Of a DNA stretch of 34,275 nucleotides, positions 1 to 8,968 are shown one piece after another. A program made the translations under genes and the position numbers. The stretch covers positions 1 to 34,275 of the forward strand of contig JAGQOS010000003.1 in the NCBI GenBank assembly GCA_020427265.1. Direction: 5' to 3'. The notes beneath the pieces were generated by a model that made no database searches, was not told where the DNA came from, and worked only from the letters and a program-made list of their open reading frames with translations. Source of the stretch: Planctomycetales bacterium. GTDB lineage: Bacteria; Planctomycetota; Planctomycetia; Pirellulales; JAGQOS01. How positions within the stretch are numbered: the stretch's first letter is position 1; every line of letters begins with the position of its first letter.

Positions 1-1
1 T

Positions 2-150
2 GCGCAGCGCTGGTGTTCCACCAGAGCTGCCGACATTTGGGCGTTGATCGACGCCATGAATCGAACCGAATGGCTGATCCTGCTCAGCGCAGCGACGGTG
101 CTCGGCTTCCTTTTTTTGCGCGGTTACGGATCGCGCAACAGCTACTGATC
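2..150 (+). CDS. Possible 3' end of an upstream gene (frame 2, stop TGA at 148-150) whose C-terminus carries a hydrophobic helix (EWLILLSAATVLGFLFL)
   Basis: Open frame runs from the window edge to TGA at 148-150 and the tail is hydrophobic. It is not in the supplied ORF track because it has no start in the window. No family recognised. Confidence 0.2.
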
Positions 151-191
151 TCGTTCGGCATTGCCGGGCTTCGCCCGAATAGGATTTCGCC

Positions 192-1142
192 ATGACCCCC
201 TCGACCACACTTATGCTCGCCAGCATGGACTTCTGGAACTTCAGCATCCCGGCGCCGATGGCTCTGGCCGCCGTAGCGTTGATCGGCTACCTCTTCGGCA
301 CCCGAACTCGACCGACAGCGACGACGGAAACAGAACAGGCCCGCCGCGAGTTGCGTCGCGCTCGCCACGTGGCCAATGAGTTGGAAAAGATTGCCGACTC
401 CGTCCGGCGCGAACTAGCGGCGCACCGTGCATGCGTTACAACGTTCAAGAATCGGGTTGGCGAGCTGGCGGAACACGAGGACGACGCGTCGTGGAAAGCG
501 CTGTGCCAGGAGGCTGAGTCGATGCTCAAGCCAACACTGGAACTGGCAACAAAGATTTCGCTCGCTTACGACGAAATACGGCAACAAAGCACACAATTGA
601 TGTCGTTCACCGAGGTCCGCACCGACCCGCTCACCGGTGTCAGCAATCGCCGCGCGTTGGATGAGTCGCTCGATAACCTGTTTGCGCTGCTGCAGCGTTA
701 CAAGCAGGCCTTCTCGATCGCCATCTTCGACATCGATCATTTTAAGCGCATCAACGATGAGCGCGGGCACATGCACGGCGATCGGATGCTACAGCGATTC
801 GCGCGACTACTCGACGAAGCGGTGCGCGACACCGATATCGTGGCTCGCTATGGGGGCGAAGAATTCGTCGTGATCATGCCGCACACGGATCTCGAAGCGG
901 CTAGCATCTTTGGCGAACGCGTGCGAAAGCTTGTGCGCGAGCAATTGCCGCTTACCACAAGTGCAGGACTAGCTCAGGCCCGCGAAGACGACACGCCGCA
1001 ATCGCTCATCGTCCGCGCCGATTCGGCCCTCTACAGCGCGAAAGGCGCCGGACGCGATCAGGTGTTCCTACACGACGGCGTCGACATCGAACCGATCGGC
1101 CAGTTTGCCGGCGACATGTCGGAGCTGTGCGCTGCCGAATAG
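192..1142 (+). CDS. Membrane-anchored diguanylate cyclase (GGDEF domain) with an N-terminal TM helix and a coiled-coil linker
   Basis: GGDEF signatures are present: RTDPLTGVSNRRALDE, FDIDHFKRINDERGHMHGDRML, an intact A-site RYGGEEF and an RxxD I-site (RDTD) 5 residues upstream. The N-terminus has the hydrophobic segment PAPMALAAVALIGYLFG followed by a helical/coiled region. Confidence 0.9.
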   Translation: MTPSTTLMLASMDFWNFSIPAPMALAAVALIGYLFGTRTRPTATTETEQARRELRRARHVANELEKIADSVRRELAAHRACVTTFKNRVGELAEHEDDASWKALCQEAESMLKPTLELATKISLAYDEIRQQSTQLMSFTEVRTDPLTGVSNRRALDESLDNLFALLQRYKQAFSIAIFDIDHFKRINDERGHMHGDRMLQRFARLLDEAVRDTDIVARYGGEEFVVIMPHTDLEAASIFGERVRKLVREQLPLTTSAGLAQAREDDTPQSLIVRADSALYSAKGAGRDQVFLHDGVDIEPIGQFAGDMSELCAAE

Positions 1143-1163
1143 CACGAGTCGACGACCGGGACG

Positions 1164-2048
1164 CTACTCGATCTCCGGCCGAAATCCGAGCTGTTCGGCA
1201 TGACGGGCATCGGCGTCGGCGAGGTCCGCTTCACCTTGCGCCTTGTAGATCTGCGCCCGATGATGGTACATGACCGAAAGGCTCTCGGTATATTGTTCCT
1301 GCCACGCTTGCTGCGATTCCGAAGTCAATTCGCGATAGCGTTCGGAATTCATAAGCTCGTCGCGGTCGGTTTCCATCAAGCGTAAGGCGGTGTCGATGTC
1401 CTCGAGCGCTCGATCCAATTCACCAAGCCCCAGCAGCACGCAGGCGCGCGTATCGAGCCACGCAGCGGGTGCGGAATCAACCGTGCTAAGCGCCTTGTCA
1501 ATGTCGACAAGCGCCTCCTGCAGTTCCACGCCGGAAAGAGCCCGCAGATAGGCGCGCAAATTCAGCGGCTCCGCCTCGCCGCGCGGGCGCAATACGATGG
1601 CCGTATTCACGTCCTCCAAGGCGTCGGTCGTATAACCCAACATGCGACGCACCACGGCGCGTTGCATGTAGGCTTCGGCGAATTTAGGAGCTAGCTGGAT
1701 GGCGATGTCGTAGTCTTCCATGCTGCCGCGCAAATCGCCAGCGCGCCGTCGCATTTGGGCGCGCAGCATGTACAACTGCTCCGACATCGGCCACGCCTGG
1801 ATCGCCTGATCGAGTTTCTCGAGCGCGGTCGCTGGATCGTCGGCACTTTGTGCGCGGAGAGCCTGATCGAGTTGCCAGGTCGCATGAATTCGGCTACTTA
1901 GCCCGTCGAGCGGCTCGCGCATCGCATAAACGCCGACTGCGGCGACGATGGGCGCGATCAGCAGCCAACGAAATCGCAGCGACTGCCACCAAGGTGTTGC
2001 AGCCGGCTTCAGGTAGTCGTCGGTTTGACCAAGCGGAGTTTGCGACAC
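1164..2048 (-). CDS. TPR-repeat protein with an N-terminal transmembrane anchor
   Basis: N-terminal hydrophobic helix (WLLIAPIVAAVGVYAM) followed by several 34-aa TPR-like units (for example AEAYMQRAVVRRMLGYTTDALEDVNTAIVLRP). It is convergent with the GGDEF gene across a 21-bp gap. Confidence 0.7.
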   Translation of the reverse strand: MSQTPLGQTDDYLKPAATPWWQSLRFRWLLIAPIVAAVGVYAMREPLDGLSSRIHATWQLDQALRAQSADDPATALEKLDQAIQAWPMSEQLYMLRAQMRRRAGDLRGSMEDYDIAIQLAPKFAEAYMQRAVVRRMLGYTTDALEDVNTAIVLRPRGEAEPLNLRAYLRALSGVELQEALVDIDKALSTVDSAPAAWLDTRACVLLGLGELDRALEDIDTALRLMETDRDELMNSERYRELTSESQQAWQEQYTESLSVMYHHRAQIYKAQGEADLADADARHAEQLGFRPEIE

Positions 2049-2354
2049 GAGGGGATACCCAATACATCCTACGGGCTAGCGGTTAACTGCGTGTTCCAGG
2101 TGTAAATAGGATCCTTCACGATATCCCGCCGTTACGATCCAGGCAAGCCGCGGCGATGCACTTTCAGGACGATTGCGGCGTAGCACGCCAAGTCGAGCGA
2201 CAAACGAGTCTCCGCACGTCAAACAGCCTGACACTGTCATCTACGAGCGAGGTTTAGGGATCGCTAATTCTCACGATGTGTACCGTTTAGCCCTGATGAG
2301 CGAGAATTAGTGTTCTTGTCACCAATTATTGTTTACGGCGCACGGCATACCGGC

Positions 2355-3605
2355 TTAATCGGCGTCGAAGTCGACACGCTGCACCTGGCTAATCGCCCGG
2401 CCGCGGAAGAATCGAGTCACCATTTGCTCGCCAACCGACAGTTCGTCGGCATCGCGAATAACGCGGGCGTCGGCCAATGTTTGGGTGACACTGTAACCGC
2501 GCGCCAGCACGCCCAGCGGGCTGAGCGACTCGATTTTTCCGGCGCCATGGTCGACTCGCCGACGGCCGTCGCGTAGCGCGTGGCGTATCGCGCGCGAGGC
2601 GCGGGCGGCCAATTCGTCGAGGCGACGCTGTTCGTCATGAATGCGCTGCATCGGCTGCGAAAACACGCGCCGCGCGGCGAGCCCGTCGACCTGCGCGCGA
2701 GCTTGCTGCAACCGCGAACGAAGCCGCACAGACAGCCGCTGCTGATACCCGCGCAAAACGGCCCGCAGATCTTCGCTGGCCGGAACCACACGCTCGGCCG
2801 CTTCGCTAGGGGTGAGAGCCCGCACGTCGGCCGCCAAATCAGCGAGCGTGACATCGATTTCGTGACCAACCGCCGAAATGACCGGTACACCCGAAGCGGC
2901 GATTGCCCGAATCACAATCTCCTCGTTGAAACACCATAGGTCTTCGAGACTGCCGCCGCCGCGGCCAACCACCAGAACATCGGGAGCAGGTCGGAGCCGG
3001 TTCGCTGCTGCGATTCCGGCCGCAATTTCCGCAGCCGCACCTTCGCCTTGCACGCGCGCCGGCACGACCAGCACTTCGACTCCCGGAAAACGGCGCCGCA
3101 ATACTTCCAGAAAATCGCGAATCGCCGCACCGGTCGGACTGGTGACGAACGCGATGCGTCGGGGAAACGCAGGCAAGGGCCGCTTGCGGCTCGCGTCGAA
3201 GAGGCCTTCGGCTTCGAGCCGCTCCCGCAGCTTGCGCAGCGCCAATTCCAACGCTCCCATGCCCTGAGGGTGGATCTCCTCGACGACCAATTGATAGGAA
3301 CCGCGCGGGGCATAAAGATCGACGTGGCCGCGGCAAACAACCTCGAGCCCGTCTTCCAGCGGAAACCGCACCCGGCTCGCCGCGCCGCGCCACATGACTG
3401 CCCGCATCTGCGCTTGGTCGTCCTTCAGCGTAAAGTAGCAGTGCCCCGACTGAGGCCGGGCGAAGTTCGAGATTTCCCCGGCCACCCATACTCGCGGAAA
3501 CGCCGTTTCGAGCAACTCCTTAACCTGAGCCGTCAGCTCAGCGACTGAAAGAATTGGCTCGTCGGTAATCGCCGCGTGCGAAGTTTTGTTCGAGGCAAGG
3601 GTCAT
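2355..3605 (-). CDS. xseA: Exodeoxyribonuclease VII large subunit
   Basis: N-terminal OB-fold region ILSVAELTAQVKELLETAFPRVWVAGEISNF...GHCYFTLKD and a long C-terminal helical region give full-length XseA architecture. I chose the start at MTLASNK (ATG at 3605) rather than the upstream ORF extension to 3641. Confidence 0.85.
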   Translation of the reverse strand: MTLASNKTSHAAITDEPILSVAELTAQVKELLETAFPRVWVAGEISNFARPQSGHCYFTLKDDQAQMRAVMWRGAASRVRFPLEDGLEVVCRGHVDLYAPRGSYQLVVEEIHPQGMGALELALRKLRERLEAEGLFDASRKRPLPAFPRRIAFVTSPTGAAIRDFLEVLRRRFPGVEVLVVPARVQGEGAAAEIAAGIAAANRLRPAPDVLVVGRGGGSLEDLWCFNEEIVIRAIAASGVPVISAVGHEIDVTLADLAADVRALTPSEAAERVVPASEDLRAVLRGYQQRLSVRLRSRLQQARAQVDGLAARRVFSQPMQRIHDEQRRLDELAARASRAIRHALRDGRRRVDHGAGKIESLSPLGVLARGYSVTQTLADARVIRDADELSVGEQMVTRFFRGRAISQVQRVDFDAD

Positions 3606-3667
3606 GGTTCCCCGATTGAACCGTAGCGGCGACAATCGCACAAGAGCGCAACGCGATCGACGACGAA

Positions 3668-5317
3668 TTACGGCATGCCTGGGGCGCGGCCGTCGAGCAG
3701 CATGGGCACGGCATCGATTTCGCTGGCCGGAAATTGATTGCCCTCGACGAGCAGGCGGTCGCCCACCGGCCGCTCAATCACAAACGCGGCACGGTGAAAG
3801 TTGGCAACCGTATTGTTGACGGCTCGCACGCGCGCCTCGGTCGCTTGCAGGGCATGCCGCCAGGAGTCGAACTGATTGGCGATCAGTTCGACATCGGCCC
3901 CCGGCAACGCCCACACGGCAACATTTGGCGGTCCGACTCTTCGCAGTTGCTCGCCAACGAAGCGATTGTTTTCGGCGCGCAGTATTCCAGCGACACGGAT
4001 ACCGGCCACCCCGGCGCCGCGTATTGTGTTGTCGGTCAGCTTCGCTTCGGCGCCGGCAAAGACCATGACGATCGGCGGCATGCCGTGCTGGCGAACCAAT
4101 TCGTTGCCGGCAAGCGTCACCTTCCAGCCGGCATGAATGCCGACGGCGACCGTCGCGTTGTCGACGATGCGATTGTCGAGCACCGTCGCCTGCCCTGCCG
4201 TGCAATCTCCGAAGCCGAGCCCTGCCGAAGCGTTGTGGTGGCAGTTGTTCCCCACGAGCACGACCGTCGCTTCGCCTTCCTGGCCGATGCCCGACTGCCC
4301 GTTTTCAAAGCATTCGTTGCCGACGATCGTTGGAGCCGCGCCGCCACTTGAGCCAATGCCAGCGCGCTTGTTTTTGTAACAGCGATTCGCCCGGATCAGC
4401 GGCGCGGCATGCTCGTCTGTGCCGATGCCGGCCATGTCGTTCTCGTAGCACTCATTGGCTTCGATCAGCGGCCGCGTCTCGGCGCCGGTGCGCGTGCCAA
4501 TTCCGGCGCGGCGATTCTGATAACACTTGTTGCCGCGCACCACCGGGCAAGCCCCTTCGCTGATGCCGATGCCCGCCCGGATGTTTTGGTAGCACGTGTT
4601 ATTGATGACCGTGGGACTGGCATTCTCGTGGCCGATGCCGGCATAAAAGTTCTCGAAGCAGACATTCTCTTCGATCAGCGCCTGCGAACCATGCATGGCG
4701 CCAACGCCGCCACCCATATTGCGATAACAAACATTGCGTACGACATGGGCGGCGCCAGTTTTGCCCTTCGCCCCTTGCAGCGCAATGCCGGTGTAGCCGA
4801 TGTGATGAACGATGTTGTTAGAAATTGTGCATGCAACTCCCAGCGAGCCGATGCCCGCAGCGCCGGGCGCGCCGATATCTTCGTGCGGCTGTTCATCGCC
4901 ATGCGTGGCACGATGCTTGCGCCACATCGCCTCGTCGTATTTCCCCAATCCCGTTACCGTAAATCCATCGATCGTCGCGCCTTCGGCCATCGTTACCAGC
5001 GCCGTTGTTTGATGTGCGCCGACCACCTCGATACCGGCGCCATCGATGATTGTCGCCTCGGCGCGTTGCAGGCCGAGTTCACCTCGCTGCTCGTCACCTG
5101 CGCTGCGAAGCGTGATGCCTTCCTTCAAATGAATCCGCTCGCCATAAGTTCCTGGTGCGACGATGATTGTATCGCTTGGCTGGCTCGCATCGATCGCCGC
5201 CTGAACCGTGGCGTGATCGCGCGGCACGTAAAGCGTGGCGGCATTAGTCACCATCGGGAAGAGGGTCCATGCGAGCAGGACTCGAATCGCACGCCACGTG
5301 GTCCGGGTTTCGTTCAT
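3668..5317 (-). CDS. Secreted right-handed parallel beta-helix repeat protein (NosD/pectin-lyase-like fold) with about ten tandem 23-aa repeats
   Basis: Sec-type signal peptide MNETRTTWRAIRVLLAWTLFPMVTNA-AT. The central region repeats N-x-C-[YF]-x-N-x-x-A-G-I-G-...-P-x-I every 22-23 aa (for example NNTCYQNIRAGIGISEGACPVVRG / NKCYQNRRAGIGTRTGAETRPLIEA / NECYENDMAGIGTDEHAAPLIRA). The repeats lie at about 4139-4807 on the minus strand. I chose the start at 5317; the ORF frame extends to 5398. Confidence 0.75.
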   Translation of the reverse strand: MNETRTTWRAIRVLLAWTLFPMVTNAATLYVPRDHATVQAAIDASQPSDTIIVAPGTYGERIHLKEGITLRSAGDEQRGELGLQRAEATIIDGAGIEVVGAHQTTALVTMAEGATIDGFTVTGLGKYDEAMWRKHRATHGDEQPHEDIGAPGAAGIGSLGVACTISNNIVHHIGYTGIALQGAKGKTGAAHVVRNVCYRNMGGGVGAMHGSQALIEENVCFENFYAGIGHENASPTVINNTCYQNIRAGIGISEGACPVVRGNKCYQNRRAGIGTRTGAETRPLIEANECYENDMAGIGTDEHAAPLIRANRCYKNKRAGIGSSGGAAPTIVGNECFENGQSGIGQEGEATVVLVGNNCHHNASAGLGFGDCTAGQATVLDNRIVDNATVAVGIHAGWKVTLAGNELVRQHGMPPIVMVFAGAEAKLTDNTIRGAGVAGIRVAGILRAENNRFVGEQLRRVGPPNVAVWALPGADVELIANQFDSWRHALQATEARVRAVNNTVANFHRAAFVIERPVGDRLLVEGNQFPASEIDAVPMLLDGRAPGMP

Positions 5318-5533
5318 CGCGTTTTCCTCGGACGAATCTACTTGCTTGAGTTGGCCGCTAAAGCATCGTACACGATTCGCCGTACGGATCGCCAGCATTT
5401 CCCGTTACCAACCACGATTCGCATGCTGAACAGTCGACAATGATTGTGCTACACTCTTGGGGGTAACGCGGAATTGAAGCACCGGCGGATGACGGAAAAG
5501 CGCCAGGCTTACTTGTTAGGAAAGGCTCGTTAG

Positions 5534-6319
5534 ATGGCTGATTCTCTCTTCGATGTCGCGGAGCAAATCGTTGTCGTTTCAGGTGGCAGTCGGGGAATCG
5601 GCCGCGCGATAGCCGTTGGTTTCGCGCAACGCGGGGCGACAGTGATCGCCACGGGGCGTGATGCGCAGGCATTGCAAGCGACGGCCGAACGACTCGCCGC
5701 CGACGGTGGCCGCGCCCGGACATTCGCCTGCGACGTCGCCAACCCGGAAGCGATTCGCGATTTCGCCAAACAGGTCAGCGAAGAGTTTGGCCGTGTCGAT
5801 ACACTCGTGAATTGTGCCGGCGTGAACCGCCGCAAAGCGGCTGAGACGGTGTCCGATGACGACTACGATTTCGTCCTCGATATCAATCTCCGGGGCGCGT
5901 TTGTAATGACGCGCGAGTTGGGCCGTGGCATGCTGTCGCGCGGAACCGGCAACGTGATCAACATTGCGTCGCTCAATACCGACCGGCCGCTCAAGAACGT
6001 GGCGCCTTATGCCATGAGTAAGAGCGGGATGGGTGCGATGACGCGCGCTCTGGCCCTGGAATGGGGCGCTCGTGGTGTCCGCGTGAACGCCATCGCACCG
6101 GGTTTCATTCTGACCGATTTGACGACCAAACTCTGGGCCGATCCAACGATGCGCGCCTGGGGCGAGCGGAATACGCCGCTGGGGCGTTTGGGAGAGCCGC
6201 AAGACATGGTCGGCGCGGCTATCTTTCTGGCTTCGCCCGCGGCCGGCTTCATGACCGGGCAAACGCTGTATGTCGATGGCGGCTTTACAGCCGGCTGGAA
6301 TTGGCCAATCCCCGAGTGA
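5534..6319 (+). CDS. Short-chain dehydrogenase/reductase (SDR) family oxidoreductase
   Basis: Cofactor motif VVSGGSRGIGRAIA, NCAG motif (NCAGVNRRK) and catalytic S...YxxxK (SLNTDRP...YAMSKSGM) are all present. The length (261 aa) is typical. An SD-like AGGAAAGG lies 9 nt upstream. Confidence 0.9.
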   Translation: MADSLFDVAEQIVVVSGGSRGIGRAIAVGFAQRGATVIATGRDAQALQATAERLAADGGRARTFACDVANPEAIRDFAKQVSEEFGRVDTLVNCAGVNRRKAAETVSDDDYDFVLDINLRGAFVMTRELGRGMLSRGTGNVINIASLNTDRPLKNVAPYAMSKSGMGAMTRALALEWGARGVRVNAIAPGFILTDLTTKLWADPTMRAWGERNTPLGRLGEPQDMVGAAIFLASPAAGFMTGQTLYVDGGFTAGWNWPIPE

Positions 6320-6474
6320 CCGTCGACCTTACCGTTTACGTCAAGTTTGCCGGCGCGGCCAACCGATCTTGTTGAGTGTCGCGACCTGCGCCACCGGTTG
6401 GTCATGCTATCAGCCAGCGTTGCCGGCGCGGCGAATGCGATCCTATATCTGTTCCTTTGCTACTGGCTGCTATC

Positions 6475-7830
6475 ATGAGTTTGTACGACGACTTCGTGCA
6501 ATCGCGGCGGGGCCGCGTCGCCTGGTGCTTTGCGATCACGCTCGTCGCCACGCTGCTCATCGGTGTGTATCTTACGATCCGTCCGCCCTGCCCTCGCCAT
6601 CTGAGCATCGCAGCGGGGCCGCGCGACGGCGCGTACTTCCAATTCGCCACGCAATACCGCGAACTGCTCAAGCAAGAGGGTATTGAACTTACGGTCTGCG
6701 AGACGGCCGGGTCGCTCGACAACCTAGACCGATTACGCGGCGACCGGAAGGAAGCCTCGCTGGCGATCGTGCAAGGTGGCGCCAACGGCACGGAAGATCT
6801 CGCCAGCGCGATCTCGTTGGCAAGCCTCTACCTGGAACCCGTTTGGATCTTCTATCGCGGCGACGATCGGCTGGGACGACTGGAAGATCTGGCGGGCGGA
6901 CGCATTGCGATCGGCCCGACGGGTAGCGGCACGCGCGCACTCGCCAAGCAATTATTCGCGGCCGCAGGACTGCGCGACGATACGAGCGCGAACCACGGCA
7001 CAAGTTTTCTCGATCTCGGCGGCACAACCGCGGCCGAAGCGCTCGAAGCGGGCCGCATCGACGCCGCGGTGTTCGTCATCTCGCCAACTTCACCGCTCGT
7101 GAAACGACTGCTGCGACGGCCCGACGTCCGCCTGCTCGACCTGGAACGGGTCGACGCTTATCCGCCCAACTTCCGTTACCTCTCGGCCGTCGAGTTGGTT
7201 GAAGGTGTCATCGACTTGGATGAGAACCTGCCCGCCCGCAATCATCGATTGTTAGCGGCCAACGCCAATTTAGTCGCTCGGCAAGATCTACACCCGGCGC
7301 TCGTCGCCGCGTTGCTGAAAGCCGCCAAGCTTGTACACGACGGTGGTGGAACCTTTGAGAAGCCGGGCGAATATCCTTCGCCCCATCATCTGACCTTGCC
7401 GCTGCATCCGGCCGCGAAACGCTATTTCGAGGCGGGTCCTTCGCTGCTGTTTCGTTACCTTCCTTTTCCGTTGGCGGCGTGGCTCGACCAGATGAAGTTT
7501 CTCTTGCTACCGCTCTTCACGCTCATGCTGCCGCTCTTCAAGACCGTGCCACCGATCTATCGCTGGCGAATTCGCTCGAAGATCTACCGGTGGTATCGCG
7601 TCTTGCGCGAGATCGATACGCGCCGGCAGACGACTGCAGGCCAAGCCGACTTTACGACAGAGATCGCCACGCTCGAAGCGCTCGACGGCGAACTGGCCGA
7701 TGTTTCGGTGCCGCTCTCGTACATGGAAGAGTTCTACAACCTGCGCGTGCACGTTTGGTTTGTGCTCGGACGACTGCGCGAGGCGGAAGATGCGACGCGC
7801 GGCGAGACACCGTTGCGACGCGCGGCCTGA
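6475..7830 (+). CDS. TAXI-family TRAP-type solute-binding protein with an N-terminal TM anchor and a ~120-aa C-terminal extension containing another hydrophobic segment
   Basis: TAXI-like core: SIAAGPRDGAYFQFATQYRELLKQEGIELTVCETAGSLDNLDRLRGDRKEASLAIVQGG...IAIGPTGSGTRALAKQLF. N-terminal helix WCFAITLVATLLIGVYL. C-terminal hydrophobic stretch LLPLFTLMLPLF followed by a basic/charged tail. Start moved to ATG 6475 (MSLYDD), which is in frame with the ORF from 6376. Confidence 0.7.
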   Translation: MSLYDDFVQSRRGRVAWCFAITLVATLLIGVYLTIRPPCPRHLSIAAGPRDGAYFQFATQYRELLKQEGIELTVCETAGSLDNLDRLRGDRKEASLAIVQGGANGTEDLASAISLASLYLEPVWIFYRGDDRLGRLEDLAGGRIAIGPTGSGTRALAKQLFAAAGLRDDTSANHGTSFLDLGGTTAAEALEAGRIDAAVFVISPTSPLVKRLLRRPDVRLLDLERVDAYPPNFRYLSAVELVEGVIDLDENLPARNHRLLAANANLVARQDLHPALVAALLKAAKLVHDGGGTFEKPGEYPSPHHLTLPLHPAAKRYFEAGPSLLFRYLPFPLAAWLDQMKFLLLPLFTLMLPLFKTVPPIYRWRIRSKIYRWYRVLREIDTRRQTTAGQADFTTEIATLEALDGELADVSVPLSYMEEFYNLRVHVWFVLGRLREAEDATRGETPLRRAA

Positions 7831-7857
7831 GTTCTCGCCCGATTCAACACGCGAACG

Positions 7858-8079
7858 TTAACCGCATTCGGGCAAGCCGCAGCCACCGCGCCCACAGGGT
7901 CCGCGGCGCGGCATGTCGCAGACGGGCAATTCGCTACCGGCGGAATGCGCGGCAGGCACGCTCAGCAGCTTATCCAGCTGGCGGCCGCCGCACTCGGGAC
8001 ATGCGGGTTGCTCGGCGCCGCGGACCAGCAGTTCGAATGTCGCTCGGCATTGGCCGCATTCGTATTCATAGATCGGCAT
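7858..8079 (-). CDS. FmdB-family zinc-ribbon protein (putative regulatory protein)
   Basis: MPIYEYECGQC...CPECGG matches the FmdB family N-terminus with two CxxC pairs. It is followed by a G/C/P-rich tail. It is convergent with the TAXI gene. Confidence 0.7.
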   Translation of the reverse strand: MPIYEYECGQCRATFELLVRGAEQPACPECGGRQLDKLLSVPAAHSAGSELPVCDMPRRGPCGRGGCGLPECG

Positions 8080-8188
8080 AAAAGGCATCTCCCGAACGGT
8101 CGAGTAATCGAATAGGATGCAGAATCTTCGGTGTCTTGTTGCTCGCTCTATTTTACGCCGACTTGGAATTCATCCCAAGGGGATTACC

Positions 8189-8866
8189 ATGAACTTGCCC
8201 CGGCTCAGCCGTGAACTGGTTCGCGAAGTCGACCGCCGGGCGATCGAAGACTTCGGGATTCCGGGGATCGTGTTAATGGAAAATGCCGGCCGCGGCGTGG
8301 TCGACAAGCTGTTTCAATTCGGCATCCAAGGCCCGATTGTTGTTTGCTGCGGTCGCGGCAACAATGCCGGCGACGGTTTCGTAATCGCACGGCACCTTGA
8401 TCTGCGTTATGCCACGGTCAAAGTGTTGCTACTCGCCGACCCGGCCGAGTTGCAAGGGGATGCCCTTACAAATTACCAAATCCTGAATAGAACGGGCGTT
8501 CCGATCACGACGTTCGCCAACCACTTCGACGAAGGCGCATTCGCCCGCAAGCTCGTGGGCGCCGGCTGGATCGTCGACGCGTTGCTCGGCACCGGCGCAA
8601 ACGGCAACCCGCGCCCGCCATTCGATGCGGCGATCCGCGCCATGAACGAAGTCCGTTCCCGGCGCCTGGCGGTCGATCTGCCCAGCGGTCTCGACTGCGA
8701 GACGGGCGAAGCGGGCGAACCGACGCTTCGCGCCGATCATACTTGTACGTTCGTCGCCGCCAAACCCGGCTTCTTCGCGCCTGGGGCTAAAGAGTTTACC
8801 GGTGTCGTGCATGTACTCGACATCGGCGCGCCGCGAGTATTGATTGAATCGATGCTGAACAGATAA
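8189..8866 (+). CDS. NAD(P)H-hydrate epimerase (YjeF N-terminal domain family)
   Basis: LSRELVREVDRRAIEDFGIPGIVLMENAGRGVV...IVVCCGRGNNAGDGFVIARHL is the YjeF_N signature. The protein is about 225 aa with no C-terminal dehydratase domain. Start at ATG 8189 is preceded by AAGGGGA. Confidence 0.8.
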   Translation: MNLPRLSRELVREVDRRAIEDFGIPGIVLMENAGRGVVDKLFQFGIQGPIVVCCGRGNNAGDGFVIARHLDLRYATVKVLLLADPAELQGDALTNYQILNRTGVPITTFANHFDEGAFARKLVGAGWIVDALLGTGANGNPRPPFDAAIRAMNEVRSRRLAVDLPSGLDCETGEAGEPTLRADHTCTFVAAKPGFFAPGAKEFTGVVHVLDIGAPRVLIESMLNR

Positions 8867-8968
8867 TCCTGGGCGGCGACACGCGAGCTTGCCGCCGGCG
8901 AGGGATCGTCACAAGGCCGCACACATTGCGATCGACATGCGAAACAGCCTTTCGAGGCGGGGCGGGTG

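Noticed and set aside
2285-2300. CUGAUGAG, the hammerhead-ribozyme core heptamer, inside the loop of the 2264-2310 inverted repeat
   Set aside because: There is no adjacent stem II closing sequence, GAAA element or stem III/cleavage-site arrangement. A 7-mer is expected by chance in 34 kb.
5399-5533. Possible sigma70-like -35/-10 (TCGACA ... TACACT) in the divergent region between the beta-helix and SDR genes
   Set aside because: The spacing is only about 10 bp between elements, and promoter consensus in this lineage is unknown. It is not supportable as a feature.
6376-6474. Upstream extension of the TAXI ORF, starting MSRPAPPVGHAISQRCRRG
   Set aside because: The extension is Arg-rich and non-hydrophobic and precedes a good start (MSLYDD) followed directly by the TM anchor. 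It overlaps the repeat-bearing leader.
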